From an uncultured Defluviitaleaceae bacterium (GTDB taxonomy: Bacteria > Bacillota > Clostridia > Lachnospirales > WRAX01), in NCBI GenBank assembly GCA_964583165.1, contig CAZOVK010000001.1, positions 60,025 through 124,024 on the forward strand: 64,000 nt of DNA, given 5' to 3'. This document shows positions 49,861 through 58,901 of this stretch, in pieces; within the stretch, counting starts at the first letter, position 1; every line of letters starts with the position of its first letter. The notes below the pieces were generated by a model, which saw nothing but the letters and a program-made list of their open reading frames with translations, searched no databases and had not been told where the DNA came from. The position numbers were made by a program, and so were the translations under genes.

Positions 49861-51483
49861 ATGAACGACCAAATCTATGTGTTTGGGCATCAAAACCCCG
49901 ACACCGACAGCGTCTGCAGCTCTATTGCATACGCCGCACTCAAAAGACATTTGGGCTACACCAACGTATATCCTTATATACTGGGCAAGATAAATCGCGA
50001 AACAGCGTTCGCGCTGGAGTATTTTGGTGTCGAAACACCACCGCTGCTTGATGATGTACGGATTAAGTTGAGTGACATAGAACTTTACCACCCGAAACCA
50101 CTCATGCCTGAAGAACCCATCAAGAACGCGTGGTTAGAACTCACTGAGGGTACGGGCAACGGCTCACGTTTGTTACCGGTTGTTGACGAAAGCAAGCGCG
50201 TAATCGGGCTGATGTCACTGAACGATATAGCCAATATCTTCATGGAGGTTCTCGACGACGATTTATACACGCATTATGAGATTCTGTTTGATAATGTGTT
50301 GAAGATTCTGGGCGGCACAGTCCAGTCGGGGGCTTATAACTACCGCCGTGTGGAAGGCGCCTTCTATATTGGCTCTGACATACCGATTGATGAGAAGGTC
50401 ACCGACAAGGACATCATTATAACGGGTTCCTTAGAAAACGCCATGAGGGCGGCTTATGTTCAGAAGGCGGGGGCGGTTATTCTCACAAACGGTGTGAAAG
50501 CAGAGGGGTTAGAGTACGCCAAAACCGCCATTGTGACATGCGAACACCCGATGTTTAAGACAATCGCGTATATCAAGCAGAGTATATCCGTCGGCAGTAT
50601 CATGAAAATGGGCGGAATGGTGCGTTTTTCTGATGACAATTTTCTTGAAGACATCATCGACATGATGAAAACGTCGAGCCACAGAAACTTCCCTGTCATT
50701 AAGAAAGACGGTACACTCTACGGCATAATTTCGCGGCGCCATCTTCTGGAACGCCGCGCGAAAAACGTGATACTCATTGACCACAATGAGCGAAGCCAGT
50801 CTGTTGAGGGGCTAGAAACCGCGAATATACTGGAGATTATCGACCACCACCGCGTGGCGGACATACAGACTGACGCGCCTCTCTACATACGCGCCGAACC
50901 AGTAGGTTGTACCGCGACTATCATCAAGAAGATGTATTTAGAAAATAACGTCCGCATACCAAAAGACATGGCGGGGCTTCTGCTCTCGGCGATTCTGTCT
51001 GACACACTCATGTTCTCATCGCCGACATCAACGACCGAAGACCGCATGGCCGCCGAGTTTTTGGCGGGTATCGCAGGCGTTGACATAGATGAGTATGGGC
51101 ATAAGATGTTCTTAGTGGCCACGAGCCTTGACGGCTTTTCGGTTGACGAGATTCTGGGCATGGACAGAAAGCGTTTCACGTTCGGTAGCCACATAGCCTT
51201 CATCTCACAAGTCAACACGCTGGACTTCTCGGGCATTATAAACCGCGAACAAGAGTTCATGTCGCGCATGGAGGAGTTTTGTCATATCAACGCCGCCGAC
51301 CTAGCGATACTCATGATAACGAATATCGAACAGGGCGGCTCCGAGATGCTCATAGCGGGCAAACACCGCGAAACGGCCTGCACGGCCTTCGGGATGGACT
51401 GGAACGAAACGAGTATCTACCTACCGGGCATCATCTCACGCAAGAAACAGGTCATACCAAAACTCACACATATAGTATCATAG
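49861..51483 (+). CDS. ppaC: Family II (DHH/DHHA2) inorganic pyrophosphatase with inserted CBS domains
   Basis: VFGHQNPDTDSVCS, a CBS pair in the middle, DHNE, IIDHHR and a DHHA2 C-domain (FISQVN). Confidence 0.85.
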   Translation: MNDQIYVFGHQNPDTDSVCSSIAYAALKRHLGYTNVYPYILGKINRETAFALEYFGVETPPLLDDVRIKLSDIELYHPKPLMPEEPIKNAWLELTEGTGNGSRLLPVVDESKRVIGLMSLNDIANIFMEVLDDDLYTHYEILFDNVLKILGGTVQSGAYNYRRVEGAFYIGSDIPIDEKVTDKDIIITGSLENAMRAAYVQKAGAVILTNGVKAEGLEYAKTAIVTCEHPMFKTIAYIKQSISVGSIMKMGGMVRFSDDNFLEDIIDMMKTSSHRNFPVIKKDGTLYGIISRRHLLERRAKNVILIDHNERSQSVEGLETANILEIIDHHRVADIQTDAPLYIRAEPVGCTATIIKKMYLENNVRIPKDMAGLLLSAILSDTLMFSSPTSTTEDRMAAEFLAGIAGVDIDEYGHKMFLVATSLDGFSVDEILGMDRKRFTFGSHIAFISQVNTLDFSGIINREQEFMSRMEEFCHINAADLAILMITNIEQGGSEMLIAGKHRETACTAFGMDWNETSIYLPGIISRKKQVIPKLTHIVS

Positions 51484-51526
51484 GTTCACTCTATCGTATT
51501 TCATAAATAAGAAAAGGGGGATAATA

Positions 51527-52195
51527 ATGAAAGCGTTTTGCGTTAAGGTTCTCACGGGTATACATGGTGTCGTGCGGCGTATTCAATATAACGCGCCTGT
51601 CGTGCTGACGTTCGCGATTGTGTCGTTTATCGTGCTTCTCGTCAGCATGATGACTAAGGGCGCGAGTACCCACCTACTGTTTTCTGTGTATCGCGCGCCG
51701 TTGACCGACCCGTTCACGTATGTGCGTTTCTTCGGTTACGCTCTCGGTCACGCAGACTTCGACCACTTTTTCAATAACATCATCATTATACTGCTCGTAG
51801 GGCCGATGCTTGAGGAGAAATACGGCTCAAAACGGCTTGCGCTCATGATTGCCGTAACCGTGCTTGTGTCGGGCATACTGTTCTTCATTGTGAACGGAGC
51901 GAATGCGGCGCTTTTGGGCGCTTCTGGCGTGGTGTTTATGATGATTATATTGAGTTCGTTCGTGAATCTGTCAAAGGGGCGGATACCGCTTACGCTTCTG
52001 TTATGCGTTATCGTATTTATCGGGCGTGAGGTTATGGCCGGTGTTATGCTCCAAGACAATATAAGCCGCATGACACATATCGCGGGCGGTCTTTGCGGCG
52101 CGGGCTTGGGGTTCTGGTTTAACCGCAAGAAGCTTTTCCCCGACAAAACAGAGATTAAAGAGGAGGAAATTACAGTTGTTAAAGATGAAGCTTGA
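51527..52195 (+). CDS. Rhomboid-family intramembrane serine protease
   Basis: Six hydrophobic segments, a GASGVVF catalytic serine motif and a downstream H in the HIAGGLCG helix. Confidence 0.75.
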   Translation: MKAFCVKVLTGIHGVVRRIQYNAPVVLTFAIVSFIVLLVSMMTKGASTHLLFSVYRAPLTDPFTYVRFFGYALGHADFDHFFNNIIIILLVGPMLEEKYGSKRLALMIAVTVLVSGILFFIVNGANAALLGASGVVFMMIILSSFVNLSKGRIPLTLLLCVIVFIGREVMAGVMLQDNISRMTHIAGGLCGAGLGFWFNRKKLFPDKTEIKEEEITVVKDEA

Positions 52196-52439
52196 TGATT
52201 TCTTGTATGAAATCAAGACAGAATTAGAAGCCTACGAGCTGGAAAACGATATGGGCAACGAATGGGAACGCCGCTTTCTGTTGTGGTGTGACAGCCCACG
52301 CGGGAAGAAAGACGTCAGCGAGGTTGACGGAGTGCGTTACATCAAGCTCAAAGACGAGAGCGAGATATTTGAAATGGTAGACAACTATGTTGTTGCTGTT
52401 GAAGACGGCGATACAGAAGAATATTGGAAGGCATTTTAA
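52176..52439 (+). CDS. Hypothetical small acidic protein
   Basis: 87-aa ORF overlapping the rhomboid stop. No family recognised. Confidence 0.35.
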   Translation: MLKMKLDDFLYEIKTELEAYELENDMGNEWERRFLLWCDSPRGKKDVSEVDGVRYIKLKDESEIFEMVDNYVVAVEDGDTEEYWKAF

Positions 52440-52451
52440 GGGGGTGGCGAA

Positions 52452-53405
52452 TTGCCCAAGGCAGAGATTAAAAAGGTTATATTGATAGTAGAATTGGTTG
52501 TTATCGGTGCGGTGTTGATTCTATGCGGCTTAGACTCGTTCTACACAGTGAATGAACAACAACAGGCTGTTGTCGTTCAGTTCGGCAAGGCGATTGGCGT
52601 TAACGGCGCGGGGCTTCACTTTAAGGTTCCGTTTATTCAACAGGTTATACCCGTGAACATGACAACAAACGGCATGGAATTTGGCTATAAGAATGTGGAA
52701 GGCGAATCCATGAGTGTTGAAAGCGAAAGCTTCATGATAACGGGTGATTTCAACTTCGTCAGCGTCGATTTCTATGTTGAGTGGAAGGTCAGCGAGCCTA
52801 TCGCATTCACATATAACAGCGAAGACCCCGTGGGTTTGTTGAAAAACATCCTACAGAGCGAGGCGCGTAATGTCGTCAGTTCTTACAATGTTGATGACGT
52901 ACTCACGACAGCCAAATCAGAGATTCAGGCGCGTGTCAAAGAGGGCGTAGTCAAGAAGTTAGAAGACTACAACATCGGTATCATGGTTCAAAACATCAGC
53001 ATCCAAGACGCGGAGCCGCCGACAAGCGAGGTTATCGCCGCGTTCAAGAACGTAGAAAACGCAAAACAACAGAAAGACACAGAAATCAACGTTGCAAATA
53101 CATACAACAACGAGGTCATACCGCGTGCCCGTGCCGAAGCCGACCGCATCATCAAGGACGCCGAAGCCGTCAAAGAAGCCCGCGTGAACGAAGCCAACGG
53201 TCAAGTGGCGCGTTTCAACGAGATGTTCAACGAATACAGCCGCAACAAAGACATTACGCGTATGCGCATGTATCTTGAAACAATGGAACAGATAATGCCT
53301 GACTTAAAGGTTCTTATTGACAGCGGCAACATCACAAAAATTATGGACATAAACGGTAACGCCGCGAATCAAGCAGAAGTAGGGGGTGTAGTCGGTGGCG
53401 AATAA
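52452..53405 (+). CDS. hflK: SPFH/band-7 protein, HflK-like
   Basis: N-terminal TM, an SPFH core and a coiled-coil tail. TTG start follows GGGGTGG. Paired with hflC. Confidence 0.78.
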   Translation: MPKAEIKKVILIVELVVIGAVLILCGLDSFYTVNEQQQAVVVQFGKAIGVNGAGLHFKVPFIQQVIPVNMTTNGMEFGYKNVEGESMSVESESFMITGDFNFVSVDFYVEWKVSEPIAFTYNSEDPVGLLKNILQSEARNVVSSYNVDDVLTTAKSEIQARVKEGVVKKLEDYNIGIMVQNISIQDAEPPTSEVIAAFKNVENAKQQKDTEINVANTYNNEVIPRARAEADRIIKDAEAVKEARVNEANGQVARFNEMFNEYSRNKDITRMRMYLETMEQIMPDLKVLIDSGNITKIMDINGNAANQAEVGGVVGGE

Positions 53406-54255
53406 ACTGGGAATATTTTTGATTGTACTGTTCGTTGGGGCTATCGTGTTCATGTCGGCTGTAGTGAGCGTACCCGAGGACAAAGCGGTTTGTGTTAAGC
53501 GTTTCGACAAGATTATTCAGATTTATGACCAGCCCGGGCTTGCGTTCAAGGTTCCGTTCCTTGACACGACGACAGAGTTACCGCGCAACGCCCTTGTCTA
53601 TAACCTAAGTCCATCAGACGTGCTCACCATGGACAAAAAGGCAATGACCATATCGAGTTACACGGTATGGCAGATAACCGACCCGCTTAAATTCCTTCAA
53701 GAAGTCGTGACTGTCAACGAAGCCGAGCGCCGCCTAGACGCATCTGTCTATAACTCCGCGAAGAACCTCCTTAGCTCACGCACCCAAACTGACGCGATTT
53801 CGTCACGCCGCACAGATTTAGACGTGAAAATCAGCGAGCAAGTCCGAGAGCAGATGACACGTTATGGCATCAACGTAATCGACATACAAATCAAGCAATT
53901 CGACCTGCCCCAAGACAACAAACAAGCAGTCTATACGCGTATGATTTCAGAACGCGCCCAAATGGCGGCTAAATTCATGGCCGAGGGCAAGGAAGAGGCC
54001 GAGAAGATAAGAAACACAGCCGACAAAGAGAGTGTCCTCATTCTGTCACAAGCCAAGGCACAGGCAGAGCTTCTCAAAGCCGAGGGCGAGAGCAAGTACA
54101 TGCAAATTCTGTCGTCTGCCTACACAGGGGCCGACCGCGCCGAGTTCTACGAATTCCTACGCTCAATGGACGCGCTTAAAGTGGCTATGACAGGTGATAA
54201 GACACTCGTGTTACCGCTCGATTCACCGCTTACGAAATGGTTTTATGGGTATTGA
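53395..54255 (+). CDS. hflC: SPFH/band-7 protein, HflC-like
   Basis: N-terminal TM, an SPFH core and a conserved C-terminal L..L....L.LP.DSP pattern. Overlaps hflK. Confidence 0.78.
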   Translation: MANKLGIFLIVLFVGAIVFMSAVVSVPEDKAVCVKRFDKIIQIYDQPGLAFKVPFLDTTTELPRNALVYNLSPSDVLTMDKKAMTISSYTVWQITDPLKFLQEVVTVNEAERRLDASVYNSAKNLLSSRTQTDAISSRRTDLDVKISEQVREQMTRYGINVIDIQIKQFDLPQDNKQAVYTRMISERAQMAAKFMAEGKEEAEKIRNTADKESVLILSQAKAQAELLKAEGESKYMQILSSAYTGADRAEFYEFLRSMDALKVAMTGDKTLVLPLDSPLTKWFYGY

Positions 54256-54276
54256 TATAGAATGGTTTAGACAGAT

Positions 54277-54312
54277 AGCGGCGGGTTTTCACCCGCCGCT
54301 ATTTGTGTATTT
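54277..54312 (+). terminator. Intrinsic terminator after hflC; marks the start of falling GC
   Basis: AGCGGCGGG-ttttca-CCCGCCGCT 9-bp stem followed by atttgtgtattt. Confidence 0.8.
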
Positions 54313-54341
54313 GAGTGTCTTTGAGAAACCACTATTATTTA

Positions 54342-55445
54342 TCAAACAACGGCAGGCTTTAATTCAAAACTCAGCGTACCCCGCTCAACGCCATTAACAA
54401 TAAGCGTAATTGAATGAACGCCCGGATAATGCTTTCTTACACTAACGTCAGCAAAAGAATGTTTTCTTGTGTAAAGTTTCTTCTCGTTTTCTTTTAATAC
54501 GACCTCTGATATTTTGAAAATCTTCCTGTTTGATTTTCCGTTTGCCTTGACATAATCAACGCCATATTCGAGCCGCACTTTTGTTTCTGCCTTCGAAGAA
54601 ATCGAAAATGAGAACGTGATTTCTTCCCCGATTGAAATAGATGTCGCCAATAAAGCAAAATCTTCAACATCTATGGGTGTAACGTCAAGGTATCCAAAAA
54701 GAGCAAGCGCATCTCGGTTGCCCTTTTTAAGCAAGGTTCTGCAACCATGCTTCACGACCCAATCGGTATCTTCGTTTTTACCGTACCATTCCCATGCGAG
54801 TTGCAAAACCAAATCGGGGTGTGTTTTAGAAATGTCGTTAAGGTTATTGGCTACACTCTTTCTGACATGTATTGACGGGTCGGCCTTTAACTCCGAAAGT
54901 ATCGGCAGTATAGGGGTAGGGTCTTTCTTAAAGCTATTCAACGCCTGCCCCCACGGAAGGGCAGGGCGACAGCCCTCACAGCTAAGCCTCCGTACATGCT
55001 CGCTTTCATGCTTAGACCAAGCAATCATTTGCGCCACCATGCGCTGCTCATTGTTAATGATAAACGACCTAACGGCAAGCTCCGAAGACGCATATTGAGT
55101 ATATCTCGCCAATGCGCCCATAGATACCTCCCAATCAGCCTCACCTTGCCCATAAATTTCTACAAAAACAGGGAAGAAGGCGACAAAACCGTCCAACCAG
55201 TCACCATAGTTCATAGCCACTTTATCAATAATGCCAATGGCTTCACTATAATCTGAAGGTAAGAATTTGCCTAGGTTCAAACCTATTTGCGCAATCCTAT
55301 CCTTTAGCTCTAAACCGTTCCAATGCTCGTCTAACGTCGATTTCAGAAACTCGTCCACTTGAAACGCGTGATAAACTGCCTGTATATCCACGGCGACTCT
55401 GCGGAGTGATTCATAATTATATCTATTCTTTATCAAATCAGGCAT
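54342..55445 (-). CDS. DNA alkylation repair (AlkD-like HEAT-repeat) family protein
   Basis: HESEHVRRLSCEGCRPALPWG, DPSIHVRKSVANNLNDISK and WVVKHGCRTLLKKG match the 'DNA alkylation repair enzyme' family pattern. ATG 55445 follows AGGAGGG. GC is noticeably lower than the core. Confidence 0.7.
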   Translation of the reverse strand: MPDLIKNRYNYESLRRVAVDIQAVYHAFQVDEFLKSTLDEHWNGLELKDRIAQIGLNLGKFLPSDYSEAIGIIDKVAMNYGDWLDGFVAFFPVFVEIYGQGEADWEVSMGALARYTQYASSELAVRSFIINNEQRMVAQMIAWSKHESEHVRRLSCEGCRPALPWGQALNSFKKDPTPILPILSELKADPSIHVRKSVANNLNDISKTHPDLVLQLAWEWYGKNEDTDWVVKHGCRTLLKKGNRDALALFGYLDVTPIDVEDFALLATSISIGEEITFSFSISSKAETKVRLEYGVDYVKANGKSNRKIFKISEVVLKENEKKLYTRKHSFADVSVRKHYPGVHSITLIVNGVERGTLSFELKPAVV

Positions 55446-55576
55446 ACGGATTGCCCTCCTTCTACATTCGATTCTGATAACCCTAGCGCTAGCCAATACC
55501 TCCAATATCCTTATAAATCCATACTAAAACCTTATCAAAAACTGTGATTATTCGTTAATTCAGTTCAGATAAACTT

Positions 55577-55605
55577 AATGTAGCATGATTGGGGGCACAA
55601 GTCAA
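55577..55605 (-). promoter_or_regulatory. Sigma-A-type promoter reading toward the AlkD-like gene
   Basis: The minus strand reads TTGACT, 17-nt spacer, TACATT. Confidence 0.55.
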
Positions 55606-55640
55606 GTTTTGCTGGCAGACGTGGCGAATCATGTATGTTA

Positions 55641-56144
55641 CTAATGCCAGTATAATGGAAGCCCTGCTCCTGTAAGTATACAAAACATTATTAAGGTCGT
55701 AATAGATATTGTTATGTAATATAATAACCTCCACATTTTAGTAATATAAATCTGAAAAGTTCCTAATGTAAAGACCAAACAAACAGCCAAAACTATAATC
55801 AAATGCCAAGTTGGATGGTAAAAATAATACGAATCTGGCGGGAACCAATTATCAAGTATCTCCCACCCGTTTTCTTTTTTGGGCGTGAGCAAGCTATTGG
55901 TGACAGAAAAAATCACACACCAAGCTACTGTGCTACAAAGACGACACAATACTACTTCTCCGAAAGATTTAAATGAGGTCAGCGAATGATTAATTGCTCT
56001 TTGTTTATTTATACCCAGAATTATTACGATAAGAATACTTTCGACTACAAAATAGAGCAAGAAATAAACGCCGACTTCGAGCATACCACAAAGAAGAAGT
56101 GTAAATAAATACATACAACACCCCATAAAAGAATAATTTCTCAT
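55641..56144 (-). CDS. Orphan multi-pass membrane protein (island cargo)
   Basis: 167-aa AT-rich ORF with 5 hydrophobic segments and a Trp/Tyr-rich loop (NWFPPDSYYFYHPTWH). No family recognised. Confidence 0.45.
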   Translation of the reverse strand: MRNYSFMGCCMYLFTLLLCGMLEVGVYFLLYFVVESILIVIILGINKQRAINHSLTSFKSFGEVVLCRLCSTVAWCVIFSVTNSLLTPKKENGWEILDNWFPPDSYYFYHPTWHLIIVLAVCLVFTLGTFQIYITKMWRLLYYITISITTLIMFCILTGAGLPLYWH

Positions 56145-56515
56145 ATACTTCGAAAGCTGCCAAGTTCAGCCCGACAGCTTTCGATAAAATGAATAGTACC
56201 CATTGTATTGGTTAGCGTCCGAAATCTATACAGGGATTTGAACCCTCATGCTTACCAAGATGCAATGAATCAAAGCAGTTTCTTACTCACAGTATATCAT
56301 CCGAATGAAACTCCGTCAAATCCATTTAGTCGCCAAACCAATATCAGTACCTCTGGTGAATATCCGTGCCTCACGTCGCCCGCCAGACTTATGAGCGAGA
56401 AAGTTCAATAACTTTTCAGCAAACTTATCGATAATTATGGCATACATTGCGATATTCCCGGTGCTTAGGGGTGTGAGCTTATGAAGAAAGAAAAACGGGC
56501 TTTTATGCCACATGA

Positions 56516-56728
56516 GAAATTGCATATAATGATGATATAATCGACTGTTTTGTGAATTCAGTTTATTTGTTTGATGACAAGCTTATTATTACCTATAATT
56601 TGACAAATGAAAAATCCGAACTCGAGGGCTCGGATTTAACGTTCTTGTACGCGTTGAATACGGGCGAGTGTTCGCCTATGACACACTCAAATGGAGATGA
56701 GGGGCGACTGTCTGTACTCTTGACTTAA
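56516..56728 (+). pseudogene. C-terminal remnant of a large serine recombinase gene
   Basis: An open frame without a start reads ..IIDCFVNSVYLFDDKLIITYNLTNEKSELEGSD.. This matches the conserved C-terminal tail (I..FV..IYLYDDK..ITFN) of phage/ICE serine recombinases as I recall it. Possible further fragments lie in other frames at 56412-56515. No catalytic domain is present. Confidence 0.5.
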
Positions 56729-56970
56729 TGCTTGATTGTGGTTACTGTTTATAGCTATTAAAGTCAAGGGACATTGTCAGTACTTACAAAGCTGTAATTT
56801 TCTTAAAATGTCTTATTTTTTTGCAACTGCAAACAAAGTAAAAGCAACGTCAATTTTTCCGACGTACTACGTGTCTTGTGTTCGCATTGTCTCCATAATT
56901 AGTAAAACACTACTGCCGAGTATAGCCTACAATCAAACGGTTTGCACAAACAGCAAACTTATCTAGTTGG

Positions 56971-57570
56971 TTAGGTTTTGCGAACTATATTTAACAAAAA
57001 GATAAAATCCTCTTTTCCGCTCCCTGTATATAATTCATCCGTGGTAATCTGGATTCTTTTATTTACAATAATTATTGAATGTATCGTTTCATTCGTGCTG
57101 ACTGAACGCACTATCCCTTCATATACTTTGTATCCGAAAAACTGTAGCATCGGATTCATGTAAGTCATATGGTTAGATATATAAATGTATCCTACAAGGA
57201 TCATTAAAAATAACAATACAAAGACATCTACAATATTATTTAGAGTTAATCCCAGACATGACAAGAGATAAATAGATATGTAATTAAAGTAAACACTTCC
57301 TGTCTGGTCTTCTACACTAACGATTTCATAGTAATGTGTACCACCATCTTTTTTAATGATAACTTTCAAATATAGACATGACACCACGCACAACAGTATC
57401 AGAATAATAATCGCATAATCATTTACTTCATCAAAGTATTTTGCTGTTATCAATTTCGACAACGAAAACACAAAACGCCCGCCATCTGTACAGCGCTCCA
57501 GTACATTCTTAATCACTAATAATATATATAACGGAACATAAGAAGAAATAAATAACAATATTCTTCTCAA
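56971..57570 (-). CDS. Four-TM membrane protein with a ~65-aa C-terminal soluble tail; putative membrane partner of the KwaB-like gene (KwaA-like role)
   Basis: TTG start at 57570 follows AAAGGGGGGAATAA. TM segments lie at about residues 4-24, 52-72, 93-110 and 113-131, then NHMTYMNPMLQFFGYKVYEGIVRSV... Co-directional with and immediately downstream of 57671-58537. Confidence 0.6.
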   Translation of the reverse strand: MRRILLFISSYVPLYILLVIKNVLERCTDGGRFVFSLSKLITAKYFDEVNDYAIIILILLCVVSCLYLKVIIKKDGGTHYYEIVSVEDQTGSVYFNYISIYLLSCLGLTLNNIVDVFVLLFLMILVGYIYISNHMTYMNPMLQFFGYKVYEGIVRSVSTNETIHSIIIVNKRIQITTDELYTGSGKEDFIFLLNIVRKT

Positions 57571-57670
57571 TTATTCCCCCCCTTTATACCTGCTTGGTAT
57601 TCCTGAATTGCAGATGCAATCATTTTGTTGCTTGTCAACGCATCTATAACATAGTGCCTTAAAAGCAAGT

Positions 57671-58537
57671 TTAAAATTTCTGGTATATCTTTTTTACACG
57701 ATAAATTATAACGCCTTCCGTAGATGTTATGAGAGTTAAACCAAATTCATTAATTATATTCGGTACTTCTGCTGTTTTTTTGGCAACTTCATCGAATCCT
57801 TTTGCCAGAATCACTTTTGTCAATCGTTTCAAATATCTGCCGTCAGATTCACAATCATCTACAAACTGAGCTGGATCTGCTAGTAATCCACTATCGCAGA
57901 TCATCTGAGAATTAGCATGTAATATCTTTATGAATACATCACTATATGCAAATATTGAGTTAAATATATTCCGATTGAAAACATAATAAGTGTCTCCAAG
58001 CAAAAACGCATCAACAGATGAATTTATCGTAATGATTTCATCCCTAAAGGGCTTTAACAATCCACCTGATAACACATATTTTTGGCTTGTCCTATATGCG
58101 GTTGATTGATGGGTGTACTTTTTGAATATATACAAAGACTTACCTTGAACATCGACCTGAATAACCATGAAATCAATTTTAGACAAATCCGTGTTTTTTG
58201 ATACTACGTTATCATCAGTGTATTTTATTGTTATTTGGCTTAGGACTTCATCACTGTGAATAACATCACTCTTGTCTACCATTTGTGTAGAATCGTCGAC
58301 AGATATATCCAAGTCGTAAGCATCTAAAGTCCTTTTTTCGATTTCGTTAATTATAAGGGTAAGAGAATCAATAATAACAGATTTGGCATCTTCAATTTCT
58401 GTTTTTAACATCTTCCCTCTGTATCGCTGTTTGCGATTATTATTTTGATCTACCAACATAATGTTTATTTCTGCCGTATTATCTTCTACGGCTTGGTTAA
58501 TAACACTTAGCTCTATTTTTAGTTCATCTTTCTCCAT
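57671..58537 (-). CDS. KwaB-like (DUF4868-like) soluble protein, zero-frame product; a -1 frame extension reaches 57567
   Basis: ATG 58537 follows TGGGGG. The segment DFMVIQVDVQGKSLYIFKKYT..LLKPFRDEIITINSSVDAFLLGDTYYVFNRNIFNSIFAY resembles the DUF4868 core as I remember it. The zero frame stops at 57671, 100 nt before the next gene. Confidence 0.6.
   Translation of the reverse strand: MEKDELKIELSVINQAVEDNTAEINIMLVDQNNNRKQRYRGKMLKTEIEDAKSVIIDSLTLIINEIEKRTLDAYDLDISVDDSTQMVDKSDVIHSDEVLSQITIKYTDDNVVSKNTDLSKIDFMVIQVDVQGKSLYIFKKYTHQSTAYRTSQKYVLSGGLLKPFRDEIITINSSVDAFLLGDTYYVFNRNIFNSIFAYSDVFIKILHANSQMICDSGLLADPAQFVDDCESDGRYLKRLTKVILAKGFDEVAKKTAEVPNIINEFGLTLITSTEGVIIYRVKKIYQKF
57689..57695 (-). other. 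A_AAA_AAG heptamer in the zero frame (candidate -1 frameshift site or homopolymer indel)
   Basis: The minus strand reads cgt gtA AAA AAG ata. The -1 frame continues KKDIPEILNLLLRHYVIDALTSNKMIASAIQEYQAGIKGGNN and stops at TGA 57569-57567, overlapping TTG 57570-57568. Confidence 0.5.
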
Positions 58538-58679
58538 TCGGATGCCCCCATTCATCTTCTAAAGTAGCACTTGTCGTTAATCTTAGTGAAATGACAACTT
58601 CTCTATATTGCCGTCATCACCTAGAAGCCAAGTTCTCTGTATCTTTCAAAACTCACAGCAACAGGAATATTTCAGCAAT

Positions 58680-58708
58680 ATTGTACACTAAGAATCTAAA
58701 AATGTCAA
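58680..58708 (-). promoter_or_regulatory. Near-consensus sigma-A promoter of the KwaB-like/membrane operon
   Basis: The minus strand reads TTGACA (58708-58703), 17-nt spacer, TACAAT (58685-58680), about 140 nt upstream of ATG 58537. Confidence 0.7.
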
Positions 58709-58901
58709 ATGTTTTGCTAGACGTCACTTTTCTATAATATTGTGTGTATTCGTAATCATAATAATTAACGCTCTCTTGTATTCAGGAAGTATTGTCTGTA
58801 TTTCGTAGGCATTCGTTTTTGTTCTATATTATTAACACAATGACAGTCACAAAGCTACACTTTGTTTTAACCACACTTACGAGCATATATTATTACCCAG
58901 A

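Noticed and set aside
56151-56183. Perfect 9-bp inverted repeat CGAAAGCTG...CAGCTTTCG just upstream of the orphan membrane gene.
   Set aside because: It is a single copy with a 15-nt loop, no T tail and no partner elsewhere in the window. It cannot be distinguished from chance or a minor 5' UTR structure.
56225-56260. tRNA T-arm-like sequence on the minus strand (GAGGGTTCAAATCCCTG), which might be a tRNA 3' fragment marking an att site.
   Set aside because: No matching acceptor stem, anticodon arm or D-arm could be folded from the flanking sequence, and the T-stem has a G-G mismatch. It is probably a chance match; a tRNA scan would settle it.
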